In this document: positions 9,994-18,337 of the stretch, piece after piece | How positions within the stretch are numbered: position 1 is the first letter of the stretch | Layout of the letters: every line of letters starts with the position of its first letter | NCBI GenBank assembly: GCA_045546035.1 | Contig: JAZQCB010000035.1 | Location: forward strand, 6,445-70,444 | Length of the DNA: 64,000 nucleotides | Direction of reading: 5' to 3' | Source of the DNA: Clostridia bacterium | GTDB lineage: Bacteria; Bacillota; Clostridia; Christensenellales; Aristaeellaceae | Position numbers and translations under genes: made by a program | The notes under the pieces: generated by a model | The model's input: only the letters and a program-made list of their open reading frames with translations | Database searches by the model: none | What the model was told of the DNA's origin: nothing

Positions 9994-10422
9994 ATGAGCA
10001 AGCTGACGGATAAAATCAGTTACCTGCGGGGTCTGGCGGAAGGCATGAAGCTGAATCCCGACAAGGATTCTCACCGGCTGATTCTGGGGATCCTGGAGGT
10101 GCTGGGCGAGGTGGGCGACAGCTATGAAGCGCTGGCCGAGTCCCATGGCGAGCTGAGCAACTATGTCGAAAGCATCGACCAGGATCTGGCGGATCTGGAG
10201 GCCGACCTTTTCGACAACGCGGATGAAACGCTGGAGGGCGAGGACGGAAAAGCGGATCCGGAAGGAGACGGGGAAACGGACGGCCCGGGGGACCTGCTCT
10301 ACGAATGCCCTCATTGCCATACGGAAATCCACCTGGATCCGGAATCGCTGGATCTGGATCAGGAGCATCCCTGCCCCGCCTGCGGGAAGGAGCTGTTCCC
10401 GGAGCTGCCGGAAGAGGTATAA
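9994..10422 (+). CDS. CD1247 N-terminal-domain protein with C-terminal zinc ribbon
   Basis: KISYLRGLAEGM N-terminus, acidic linker, CPHC...CPAC; typical efp-downstream gene in Clostridia. Confidence 0.8.
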   Translation: MSKLTDKISYLRGLAEGMKLNPDKDSHRLILGILEVLGEVGDSYEALAESHGELSNYVESIDQDLADLEADLFDNADETLEGEDGKADPEGDGETDGPGDLLYECPHCHTEIHLDPESLDLDQEHPCPACGKELFPELPEEV

Positions 10423-10442
10423 CCTTCGGCAAAAATCATTTT

Positions 10443-10472
10443 CAGGCGCCCAGGCCCGGGCGCCTGTTTTTT
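10443..10472 (+). terminator. intrinsic terminator after efp and the CD1247-like gene
   Basis: caggcgccc-aggccc-gggcgcctg followed by TTTTTT. Confidence 0.75.
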
Positions 10473-10499
10473 CAACAAAGGAATTGGGAGCGAAAGCGC

Positions 10500-11216
10500 A
10501 TGAGGCACATTATGATCTTCGGGGGAACGGGGGGCATCGGGGCGGCCATGGTCCGCAGGTTCGCGGCCGCGGGGGATCGGGTCTCCCTGACATGGAACGC
10601 GGCGGAAGAAAAGGCGGCCTCCCTGGAAAAGGAGACCGGCGCCCGGGCGTATCACGCGGATATCACCCGGCCGGAGCAGGTCCGGGCCGCCGCGGCAGCC
10701 GCGGAGAGCGCCTTCGGCCCCCCGGAGGTCGTGATCTGCGCCGCGGGGGTGGGGCTGAACCGAATGCTGGCGGACACGACGGACGAGGAGTACCGCCGGG
10801 TGATGGATACCAACGTATACGGCCCCTTCTGCGTGATGAGAGAGGTGATGCCCGGCATGTTCTGGCGGAGGAAGGGAGTTATTCTAACAGTTTCCTCCAT
10901 CTGGGGCCAGACGGGCGCCTCCTGCGAGGGGGTTTATTCCGCGGCCAAGGCGGCCGTGATCGGACTGACCCGGGCGGCGGCGAAGGAAGTGGCGGAGAGC
11001 GGCGTGAGGGTCAACTGCATCGCGCCTGGCCTGATCGATACGCCGATGAACGATCACCTTTCGGCGGAGGAAAAGCGGGCGCTGACCGAGGAAATCCCCC
11101 TGGGCCGGGCCGGACTGCCGGCGGAGGTGGCGGAAACCGCCTTCTTTCTGGCGGGGGAGGGCGCGGCCTATATGACCGGACAGGTGATCCCGGTCAACGG
11201 GGGATGGTATATTTAG
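10500..11216 (+). CDS. ymfI: SDR reductase, YmfI-like (EF-P 5-aminopentanone reductase family)
   Basis: GGTGGIG Rossmann motif; VSSIWGQTGASCEGVYSAAK and VNGGW closely match B. subtilis YmfI (VSSIWGETGASCEVLYS..K) as recalled. Confidence 0.7.
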   Translation: MRHIMIFGGTGGIGAAMVRRFAAAGDRVSLTWNAAEEKAASLEKETGARAYHADITRPEQVRAAAAAAESAFGPPEVVICAAGVGLNRMLADTTDEEYRRVMDTNVYGPFCVMREVMPGMFWRRKGVILTVSSIWGQTGASCEGVYSAAKAAVIGLTRAAAKEVAESGVRVNCIAPGLIDTPMNDHLSAEEKRALTEEIPLGRAGLPAEVAETAFFLAGEGAAYMTGQVIPVNGGWYI

Positions 11217-11245
11217 AAAATAATCAAAAAAGTTGAATTTGGTTC

Positions 11246-11274
11246 TTGACAGCGGGGGTGGATTTTGCTATACT
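11246..11274 (+). promoter_or_regulatory. strong sigma-70 promoter of the tRNA pair
   Basis: TTGACA-17bp-TATACT with TG extension. Confidence 0.85.
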
Positions 11275-11299
11275 ACCTCCCGCAGCCAAGAGCTGCTGT

Positions 11300-11370
11300 T
11301 GGGGAATGGTGTAACGGCAGCACCTACGACTCTGACTCGTATTGTCTAGGTTCGAATCCTAGTTCCCCAG
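11300..11370 (+). tRNA. tRNA-Gln (anticodon CTG)
   Basis: Acceptor TGGGGAA/TTCCCCA, anticodon arm TACGA-CTCTGAC-TCGTA, T-arm GGTTCGAATCC; CCA not encoded. Confidence 0.95.
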
Positions 11371-11384
11371 CTTTTCTTTTTTCT

Positions 11385-11457
11385 GGCTCCGTTGTCTAGA
11401 GGCCTAGGACGCCGCCCTCTCAAGGCGGAAACACGGGTTCGAATCCCGTCGGAGCTG
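11385..11457 (+). tRNA. tRNA-Glu (anticodon CTC)
   Basis: Acceptor GGCTCCG/CGGAGCT, anticodon arm CCGCC-CTCTCAA-GGCGG, T-arm GGGTTCGAATCCC; CCA not encoded. Confidence 0.95.
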
Positions 11458-11463
11458 CGCTGG

Positions 11464-11489
11464 ACGGTCCCGCGTGGGCCGTTTTTTTT
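11464..11489 (+). terminator. intrinsic terminator after the tRNAs
   Basis: acggtcc-cgcgt-gggccgt followed by a T run. Confidence 0.75.
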
Positions 11490-11656
11490 GTGCCCTGGCG
11501 GGGACTTCGTATGGGGCCGTGGCCGATGGCTGGGGCGGGGGAATGGATCGCGGCTATTTTACGCGTCTGGCCGCACCGGCCCGGGAGGGGGGAGGATTTG
11601 CCTCGCCTCCGCGGCCGCGACCCTGAAATGTTCACGGGATATTCATCTGGGAACCC

Positions 11657-11685
11657 TTGACGAACAGGACCGCAGGCCTTATGAT
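11657..11685 (+). promoter_or_regulatory. sigma-70 promoter for the PPIase-PPTase genes
   Basis: TTGACG-17bp-TATGAT. Confidence 0.65.
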
Positions 11686-11733
11686 AGCAGCGGTTGTACC
11701 GATGGAATCACGGAAGAAATGAGGATGCTTGCG

Positions 11734-13302
11734 ATGAAGAAGATTACAGGAAGCTTGATGGCGCTGGCCCTGGCGGCCGTGCTGGCTTTCGCCCCCGCTG
11801 TCGTTTCCGCGCGTGCGGAAGGCGAGACCGCTCCGGAAGCGACGGCGACCGCCGAAACCGCCACGGTGATCCCTGATGGGGAGGCAGCCGCCGAAGCGAC
11901 GGCGACCCCTGCGCCCACGGCCGCGCCCGTGCTGCTGGCGACGGTGAACGGCGTTGAAATCTACGACAATGATCCGATCATTCAGGACCTGATCGCCTAT
12001 TACGGCGACTACGGCTACGACGTAACCGATCCCGCCCTCCTGGTTCAGATCAAGGAAGTCGGCCTGAACTGGGCCATCGATGGAGTGCTGTATCGCCAGA
12101 AGGCCCAGGAGCTGAACGTGCCCGAGATGACGGAGGAGCAGAAGAAGAACCTGGAGGCGGAGGCCAAGACGGACTGGGACGGCGCCGTGGAATACTATGC
12201 CACCAGCCTGGCCGGGCTGACCGAAACCTCCACCGAGGAGGAAAAGGCCAACGCCCGGGTGCAGGCCCTGGCCTATATCGAGAGCAATTTCGGCGTGACC
12301 GAGGAGAAATACATCAGCGATTACGTGGAAAGCTCCCGGGACACCACCCTGCGGGAAAACGTGCAGAACGCCGTTCTCGGGGAAATCACCGTTTCCGAGG
12401 AGGATATCACCGCGCATTTCAACGAGATCGTGGACGAGGATCGGGACATGTATGAGGGCAATGTGGCCATGTACGAGTATTATACGCAGTATATGGGACA
12501 GCCCAGCTTCTATATCCCCGAAGGGTATCGGGGCATCACGCATATCCTGCTGAAGGTGGATGACGAGATCCTGAACCGGTATCAGGATCTGTCGGCGAAG
12601 CTGGCCTCCCAGGAGGCGGCCGCCGCCGCCACCGCTGCTCCCGAAACCGATCCCGCGCCGGCCGCGACGGAAGCCGCCGATGCCGCGCCCACGCCGGAGA
12701 CGACCGAGGAGCCGGTCACGGCGGAAATGGTCGAGGAGGCCCGGAAGGCTGTTCTGGACAACGTGCAGTCCAAGGTGGACGAGATCATGGCCAAATATAA
12801 GGCGGGAACTCCCTTCGCGGATCTGATCGCCGAATACGGCGCCGACCCGGGCATGACGGTTGAACCCAACAAAACCGACGGTTACGCGGTACACGCGGAA
12901 AGCATCCTGTGGGATCCGGCCTTTGTGGAGGGCGCCATGACCCTGCAGAAGGTGGGGGACGTCAGCGAGCCGGTCGTCGGCAACACTGGGGTGCATATTC
13001 TGCACTATACCCGGGATATTCCCGCCGGCGCTGTGGAAATGACGCCGGAGATTCATGACCAGCTGAAGGAAGAGATCATGACGGAGGCCAGGGAGGCCGC
13101 CGTAACCGCCATGACGGAAGAATGGCGCAAAACCGCCGAGATCGTCTATACGGAAGAAGGACAGGCCATCGTGAAGGAAGTGGCCGACATGCGCGCGGAG
13201 GAGGAAACCGCCACCGGGGAACAGCCTGAAGCGGAACCCGCGGCGGAAACAGCGGATTCCCCTGCCGCTGAGGAAGAAAACGCGCCCGCCCAGGGCAACT
13301 GA
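11734..13302 (+). CDS. secreted PrsA/SurA-like parvulin peptidyl-prolyl isomerase
   Basis: Signal peptide MKKITGSLMALALAAVLAFA; LATVNG, ITHILL, FADLIAEYG.DPG, GVHILHY parvulin motifs; Ala/Thr/Glu-rich linkers. Confidence 0.8.
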   Translation: MKKITGSLMALALAAVLAFAPAVVSARAEGETAPEATATAETATVIPDGEAAAEATATPAPTAAPVLLATVNGVEIYDNDPIIQDLIAYYGDYGYDVTDPALLVQIKEVGLNWAIDGVLYRQKAQELNVPEMTEEQKKNLEAEAKTDWDGAVEYYATSLAGLTETSTEEEKANARVQALAYIESNFGVTEEKYISDYVESSRDTTLRENVQNAVLGEITVSEEDITAHFNEIVDEDRDMYEGNVAMYEYYTQYMGQPSFYIPEGYRGITHILLKVDDEILNRYQDLSAKLASQEAAAAATAAPETDPAPAATEAADAAPTPETTEEPVTAEMVEEARKAVLDNVQSKVDEIMAKYKAGTPFADLIAEYGADPGMTVEPNKTDGYAVHAESILWDPAFVEGAMTLQKVGDVSEPVVGNTGVHILHYTRDIPAGAVEMTPEIHDQLKEEIMTEAREAAVTAMTEEWRKTAEIVYTEEGQAIVKEVADMRAEEETATGEQPEAEPAAETADSPAAEEENAPAQGN

Positions 13303-13304
13303 GC

Positions 13305-13952
13305 ATGGAGAGATGTGATCTTTATTTCGCGGACGTCCGGGAGCTAAATGCTCCCGGGCGTTTCGCGCTGTGGGAAAGCCGGATGCCGGCCTATCGGCGG
13401 GAGAAGATCCGCTCCTTCCGCTTTGAGGAGGGGCGCAGGCTCTCCCTGGGCGTCGGGGCCCTGCTGTTTCTGGCGCTGGCGGAGCGGGGGATCGATTACG
13501 CCTCCGCCGCTTATGGGGAGGGGGAATACGGCAAGCCGTATCTGCCGGAGCATCCCGGGATTCATTACAGTCTGAGCCATGCGGGCGTCTGGGCCCTGTG
13601 CGCGGTCAGCGCCCTTCCCGTGGGATGCGACGCGGAGGCCGTCGGACGGGGCAGCCCGGCCATCTCGAACCGCTTTTTCCATCCATCGGAGCGGGACGCC
13701 CTGTCCCGGGAAACGGATCCGGCGGCCTGGCAGCGGCTGTTCTGCCGGATCTGGACGCGGAAGGAAAGCTATCTGAAGGCCACGGGCGTCGGCCTGGCCG
13801 GCGGCATGGAGGGCTTCAGCACCCTGGCCGCGACGGAGAACGTTTATTACGCGGAGAGGACGGCGGACAGGGAAACGATGCTGTGCTGCTGCCAGATGGG
13901 ACAGGAGGTCCCGGAGGTCCGCTGGCGGGAAATCCACCTGGGAACCGTATGA
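13305..13952 (+). CDS. Sfp-type 4'-phosphopantetheinyl transferase
   Basis: YGKPY, YSLSHAG, VGCDAE, WTRKESYLKATG motifs; starts 2 nt after the PPIase stop. Confidence 0.9.
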   Translation: MERCDLYFADVRELNAPGRFALWESRMPAYRREKIRSFRFEEGRRLSLGVGALLFLALAERGIDYASAAYGEGEYGKPYLPEHPGIHYSLSHAGVWALCAVSALPVGCDAEAVGRGSPAISNRFFHPSERDALSRETDPAAWQRLFCRIWTRKESYLKATGVGLAGGMEGFSTLAATENVYYAERTADRETMLCCCQMGQEVPEVRWREIHLGTV

Positions 13953-14036
13953 GACAAAAAAACCTCCGGCGGTTGAATGGCCGGAGAGGCAAGCGTCTGA
14001 GAGGCAGAAAAGGATTCTTTCGGCGAGAATACCTGC

Positions 14037-17000
14037 TCACGCGTAATCCCGCCGGGGCAGATGAATGCCGAAATCCCGGGCAGTGGCTTCCAGAAGATCC
14101 AGGGCCCGCTCGATCTGCTCGGGCTTGTGCTCGCTGATGACGCAGAAGCGGAGCCGGGCCTTGCCTTTGGGAACGGCGGGATACATCGCGGGGGGGACGC
14201 TGACGCCCCGCTTTTTCAGCTCGTTGGACAGGAGCCAGGCATCCTCGTCCCGGCCCACCAGCACCGGGAGCACAGCGGTTTCCCCGGCCAGGCAGATGTC
14301 CAGATGCCGCCGGCGGGCGCCTTCGGCGAACGCACGGATGGCGCCGTGAAGCTGCTCCATGATTTCCGGCCGGGTACGCAGCAGGCGGATGGCCTCCAGC
14401 GAAGCGGCGGCCAGCCCGGGACTGATGCCAACCGAGAAGACGAAGCCCGGCAGGTTGTAGCGCAGATACTCGATAAGGGACCGGCTGCCGGCCAGATAGC
14501 CGCCGCAGGTTCCCAGCCCCTTGGAGAGGGTTCCGTATTTGATGTCGATGTCGTCCCCGGCCAGGCCGAAATACTCGTCCACGCCGCCGCCGGTGGGCCC
14601 CAGGACGCAGGCGCTGTGGGCCTCGTCCACCATGAGGAAGCAGCCGTAATCCTTTTTTACCCGGACGAATTCAGGAACGGGAGCGATATCCCCATCCATG
14701 CTGTAGACCCCCTCGATGACGATGAGCACCTTGGCGTAATAGGAACGCTGGGCCCGGAGAATCTGCTCCAGGGCGGCGTAATCGTTATGGGGGAAGGGAC
14801 GGGCCACGGCCTCGGAGAGCCTGCACCCCTGCTCCACGGAGTTATGGGCCAGGGCATCGTAGAGGATCAGATCCCCCTGGCCGCAGAAATTGCCGATAAA
14901 GGTTACGTTGGTGGAATGGCCGCCGACGCAGACCAGAGCGTCCTCGGTATGCTTCCATTCCGCGATGGCCTTTTCCAGATCCTCATGCACCTGCTTTTCG
15001 CCGGCCAGCAGGCGGCTGCCGCTGGCGCTGGTACCATATTTGTCGATGGCGGCCTTGGCGGCTTCCCGGATCTCCTTCCGGCCGCTCATGCCCGCGTAGT
15101 TGTAGCTGCCGAATTCCAGAATTTCCTTTCCGTCGACGATACCCGTATCCAGCAGGGGACTTTCGTGGCGGACGAAATAGGGGTTGTCCCCGCCCCGGGC
15201 CAGATCCTCCTGGCGGCGGCGGAAAGCCTGGTATTCCGGCGTGTCCTCGAAACGGATGAGGGGGATGACCGGCACCCGCTCTTTCGGCGAATCGGCGGCG
15301 CGGCCTTCCATCAGCTGCTGAATATAGCGGGTCATGCCGTTGACCGTCGCGCAGCGGCCGTATTCCTCGGCGGAAAGGGTGACACCCCAGGTCTCCTCGG
15401 CCTTGAGCACCATACCCAGCACCTGGAGGCTGTCGCCTCCCAGGTCGTCGATGAAATGGGCGCCGTCGGGAATCTCGATCGCCGGCTTGCCAAGCGCCTC
15501 TGCGAAGAGCGCGCGGACGCCTTCGCGGATATCGTCCCGGCGGAGGAATTCCTCCTTTTCCTGCCCGGCGACGCTGACCTCGTCGCCTACCGTCCGGGTC
15601 GTCAGATCCAGTTCCCGGCAGGTCAGCCGTTTCGAGGCGCAGAGATGCTTCAGCTCCAGGCGCTTGACCTTGATACCGTTCGACAGGGGAAGCGCCTCCG
15701 GCGTGACCAGCACCCGGCGCACCCGGCTCGCCGCCGGCAGACGATCGTTCCTTTCAGAAACCTTTCCCGCCAGGGAGGAGAGCCACGCCGGGTCGCCGTA
15801 GCGGCTGCCGACGCTGAGAATCAGGGTTACATGTTCATTGCTGTTGACCCCGTGGATCGGGTGCAGCTTGCTGCGTCCGGTCTGGGGCAGGCCGAGGACG
15901 CAGAGCTGATCCACCCCCGGCAGGCCGGCGAAGGGCTCCTCCAGGTCATCCGGATAAATGTTTTCGCCGGATTCGTTGACGATGACGTCCTTCAGGCGGC
16001 CGCGGATATACAGACGGCCCCTGTGATCCATGGTGACCAGATCGCCCGTGGAAAACCAGCCCTCCGCGTCCGTGCCCGGGGGCAGCATCTGCCCGCCGGA
16101 GAGACGCCCGGTATGGATGCCATCGCCCCGGATCTGCAGCTCCTTTTCCGGGGTCATCCGGTATTCGGCGGTTTCCAGGGCCCGGCCCACGCTGCCGCTG
16201 AGACGGACGCCCAGGCGAAGGCTGGTTTCCAGCCCGGTCACAGCGGTTTCGGTCATGCCGTAACCGGTAATGGTGCTGTAGCCCAGGGCGTTAAGCACCT
16301 TCAGGGTATTGCGGGGCGTATGGCCCCCGCCCAGAATGATACACTGCACATCCGTCCCCAGGAGACGCTCGTTTACGCCGGCAAAGAGCCTTTTTTCCGC
16401 GAAGCGAAGCCCTGCCTCCGGGGCGAGCTTCTGCAGCGCCAGGGACAGGGATTTCATGAGACGGAAGGCTGCCCGCTTTCCGAGGGACTCCCGGCTCAGG
16501 CTTTTTTCCAGCTCGCTGACCAGTCTGTTGCCTACCAGAGGAACGACCACCAGCAGCTGGGGCCGGAGGCGCTGACAGGTTTTCAGCAGGGAGGCGGGGG
16601 AACGGTCCGGGAGATAGAGCATCGTCATGCCGAGAAACTCGCCCCAGATCACGTTGGTCATAAAGCCCAGCACATGATGAAAGGGCAGGAAGGCCAGGAA
16701 ACGCCGGTTCTCATTGGCGATCACCCGGGTGTTTTCGCCCATGATCAGGGCGCTGTTCAGCGCCTGGCCGCAGAGGGCCGCGCCGCTGTAGACGAAGACC
16801 CGGGCCCTTCCGGTGGTTCCGCTGGTACACATGGCCACCTGATCGCCCCAGACCGGAACATAGTTTTCGGCCCGCGGGGCGGAAAGCACGGTTTTCGGCT
16901 CAATCTGGCGAAAGGAAGGGGGAAGCTTCCGGGGCCGCCGGGTGATGATCATGCGGCAGCCGGCCTCTTCCATCAGGCTCTGGATCAGGCTGTCGGCGGC

Positions 17001-17309
17001 GGAGGCGTCCAGCAGGAGGACGCTGTGGCCGCTGCGCAGCAGGGCCCAGAACAGCACCGGCCAATCCGGACAGGTTTCCAGCGCCAGGGCCACCCATCCG
17101 CCTTCCCCGGGGGCCAGGGAACAGAGAAGCGAGGCGCAGTCGTCCGAGCGGGAGGCCAGCTCGGCGTAGGTCATGTTCTTTTCGTCGTCCCCCTCCAGCC
17201 AGCGGGCGGCGGCGATGTCGCCGTATTCCCGAAGAATGGAGAAGAGGGTTTCCAGCTTCCGGCTGGCCCGCAGACGCTCCGTTGCGGCGGAAACATCATA
17301 TGCACTCAT
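14037..17309 (-). CDS. trifunctional acyl-AMP ligase + acyl carrier protein + alpha-oxoamine synthase (serine palmitoyltransferase-like)
   Basis: ANL motifs TSGTTG, GYGMTET, TGDL, GRLKDVIV..SGENIYP; ACP LGGDSL (Ser codon about 15429-15431); PLP domain GSYNYAG, AHNS, DEAHS, GTLSKG; GGAGG RBS before ATG 17309. Confidence 0.85.
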   Translation of the reverse strand: MSAYDVSAATERLRASRKLETLFSILREYGDIAAARWLEGDDEKNMTYAELASRSDDCASLLCSLAPGEGGWVALALETCPDWPVLFWALLRSGHSVLLLDASAADSLIQSLMEEAGCRMIITRRPRKLPPSFRQIEPKTVLSAPRAENYVPVWGDQVAMCTSGTTGRARVFVYSGAALCGQALNSALIMGENTRVIANENRRFLAFLPFHHVLGFMTNVIWGEFLGMTMLYLPDRSPASLLKTCQRLRPQLLVVVPLVGNRLVSELEKSLSRESLGKRAAFRLMKSLSLALQKLAPEAGLRFAEKRLFAGVNERLLGTDVQCIILGGGHTPRNTLKVLNALGYSTITGYGMTETAVTGLETSLRLGVRLSGSVGRALETAEYRMTPEKELQIRGDGIHTGRLSGGQMLPPGTDAEGWFSTGDLVTMDHRGRLYIRGRLKDVIVNESGENIYPDDLEEPFAGLPGVDQLCVLGLPQTGRSKLHPIHGVNSNEHVTLILSVGSRYGDPAWLSSLAGKVSERNDRLPAASRVRRVLVTPEALPLSNGIKVKRLELKHLCASKRLTCRELDLTTRTVGDEVSVAGQEKEEFLRRDDIREGVRALFAEALGKPAIEIPDGAHFIDDLGGDSLQVLGMVLKAEETWGVTLSAEEYGRCATVNGMTRYIQQLMEGRAADSPKERVPVIPLIRFEDTPEYQAFRRRQEDLARGGDNPYFVRHESPLLDTGIVDGKEILEFGSYNYAGMSGRKEIREAAKAAIDKYGTSASGSRLLAGEKQVHEDLEKAIAEWKHTEDALVCVGGHSTNVTFIGNFCGQGDLILYDALAHNSVEQGCRLSEAVARPFPHNDYAALEQILRAQRSYYAKVLIVIEGVYSMDGDIAPVPEFVRVKKDYGCFLMVDEAHSACVLGPTGGGVDEYFGLAGDDIDIKYGTLSKGLGTCGGYLAGSRSLIEYLRYNLPGFVFSVGISPGLAAASLEAIRLLRTRPEIMEQLHGAIRAFAEGARRRHLDICLAGETAVLPVLVGRDEDAWLLSNELKKRGVSVPPAMYPAVPKGKARLRFCVISEHKPEQIERALDLLEATARDFGIHLPRRDYA

Positions 17310-17382
17310 TCGTGGTGATCCTCCGAAATCCTTATTCGGCCGCGGCACAGAGCGGATCTGCGCCGTAAAAACGAAACAACTG

Positions 17383-17411
17383 ATTATACCACTGCCTGAA
17401 TCCGCATACAA
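17383..17411 (-). promoter_or_regulatory. sigma-70 promoter for the ligase-ACP-SPT gene
   Basis: Minus strand TTGTAT-17bp-TATAAT with TG extension. Confidence 0.65.
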
Positions 17412-17453
17412 TCGCATCTGATGCACAAGATTGTTCGGATCCTGTTTTTTCGG

Positions 17454-17482
17454 TTGAAAAGATCCGGGGCGGGGAGTATACT
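17454..17482 (+). promoter_or_regulatory. sigma-70 promoter for the TPR/SPFH genes
   Basis: TTGAAA-17bp-TATACT, divergent from the previous promoter. Confidence 0.65.
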
Positions 17483-17541
17483 TTTTGTCAGAAAACAAGC
17501 CCGTCCGGGCAGCTCAAATCTGGAACCGTCGGGAGGAAGCC

Positions 17542-18135
17542 ATGGCTCACAACGTGATGGATATCCGGTGCCCCAACTGCAACGCCGCCGTCGCCCCGGG
17601 GCAGCAGGTCTGCGAATGGTGCCATCAGCCGGTGATCATTACTAGCTTTACAAGCGTTCAGGATATGCCCATGCCCCTGGTCAACAAATACGCCGCCGCT
17701 TATCGGAATATGCTGGGCAGGGATCCGGACAATCCGGCGCTGAACAAATCCGTCGGCTTGTGCTATCTGAAACTGGGGCTGTATGACCGCGCCACCGAGG
17801 CGTTCGGGAAGGCCATGGAGGAGAATTTCGACGATTCCGAGGTGTATTTCTACGCGGCGGTCTGCCTGCTGAAGGGGAAAATGGCTTTTCTGACGCCCCG
17901 GGCCGATATTGACCGGGCGGAGGAATACCTGCGGGCCGCCCTGATGATCGAGCCGAGGGGGATCTATCATTACTTCCTGGCCTATCTGAAACATGACTTT
18001 TTTGAGCGAAAATATCTGTATACCTCTCCCGGCTGGCAGGAATGCCTGCAGGCTTCCCTGGCGGCGGGGCTGTCCTATTACGATGTGGACAGCTTTTATG
18101 CCCTCCTTGGGGTAGCAAAGCCTCCGGTGCTATAA
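17542..18135 (+). CDS. zinc-ribbon + TPR protein
   Basis: CPNC..CEWC at the N-terminus, then TPR-like helices (VGLCYLKLGLYDRATEAFGKAM; VYFYAAVCLL); GGAGG RBS. Confidence 0.8.
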   Translation: MAHNVMDIRCPNCNAAVAPGQQVCEWCHQPVIITSFTSVQDMPMPLVNKYAAAYRNMLGRDPDNPALNKSVGLCYLKLGLYDRATEAFGKAMEENFDDSEVYFYAAVCLLKGKMAFLTPRADIDRAEEYLRAALMIEPRGIYHYFLAYLKHDFFERKYLYTSPGWQECLQASLAAGLSYYDVDSFYALLGVAKPPVL

Positions 18136-18337
18136 ACCGGCACCTTCGTGAAACCCGCGGGAAACGAAGAAACGGATATTCCCGGGAACTCCGGGAGGCG
18201 AAAACGGGGGGAGCTCCGCCGCAGGAAAGCCGGGAACGGAGACCTCATCCGAAAGCGGGACCGGGAGCCTCCGCGGAGCGGGGGGTGAGATACGGCGGCG
18301 GAACCTTGAAGATACAGAAACGTGGGAGGATAGGAAA

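Noticed and set aside
11300-17309. tRNA-anchored genomic island carrying the lipid-synthase genes
   Set aside because: No integrase, no duplicated tRNA 3' end (att site) and no compositional shift visible.
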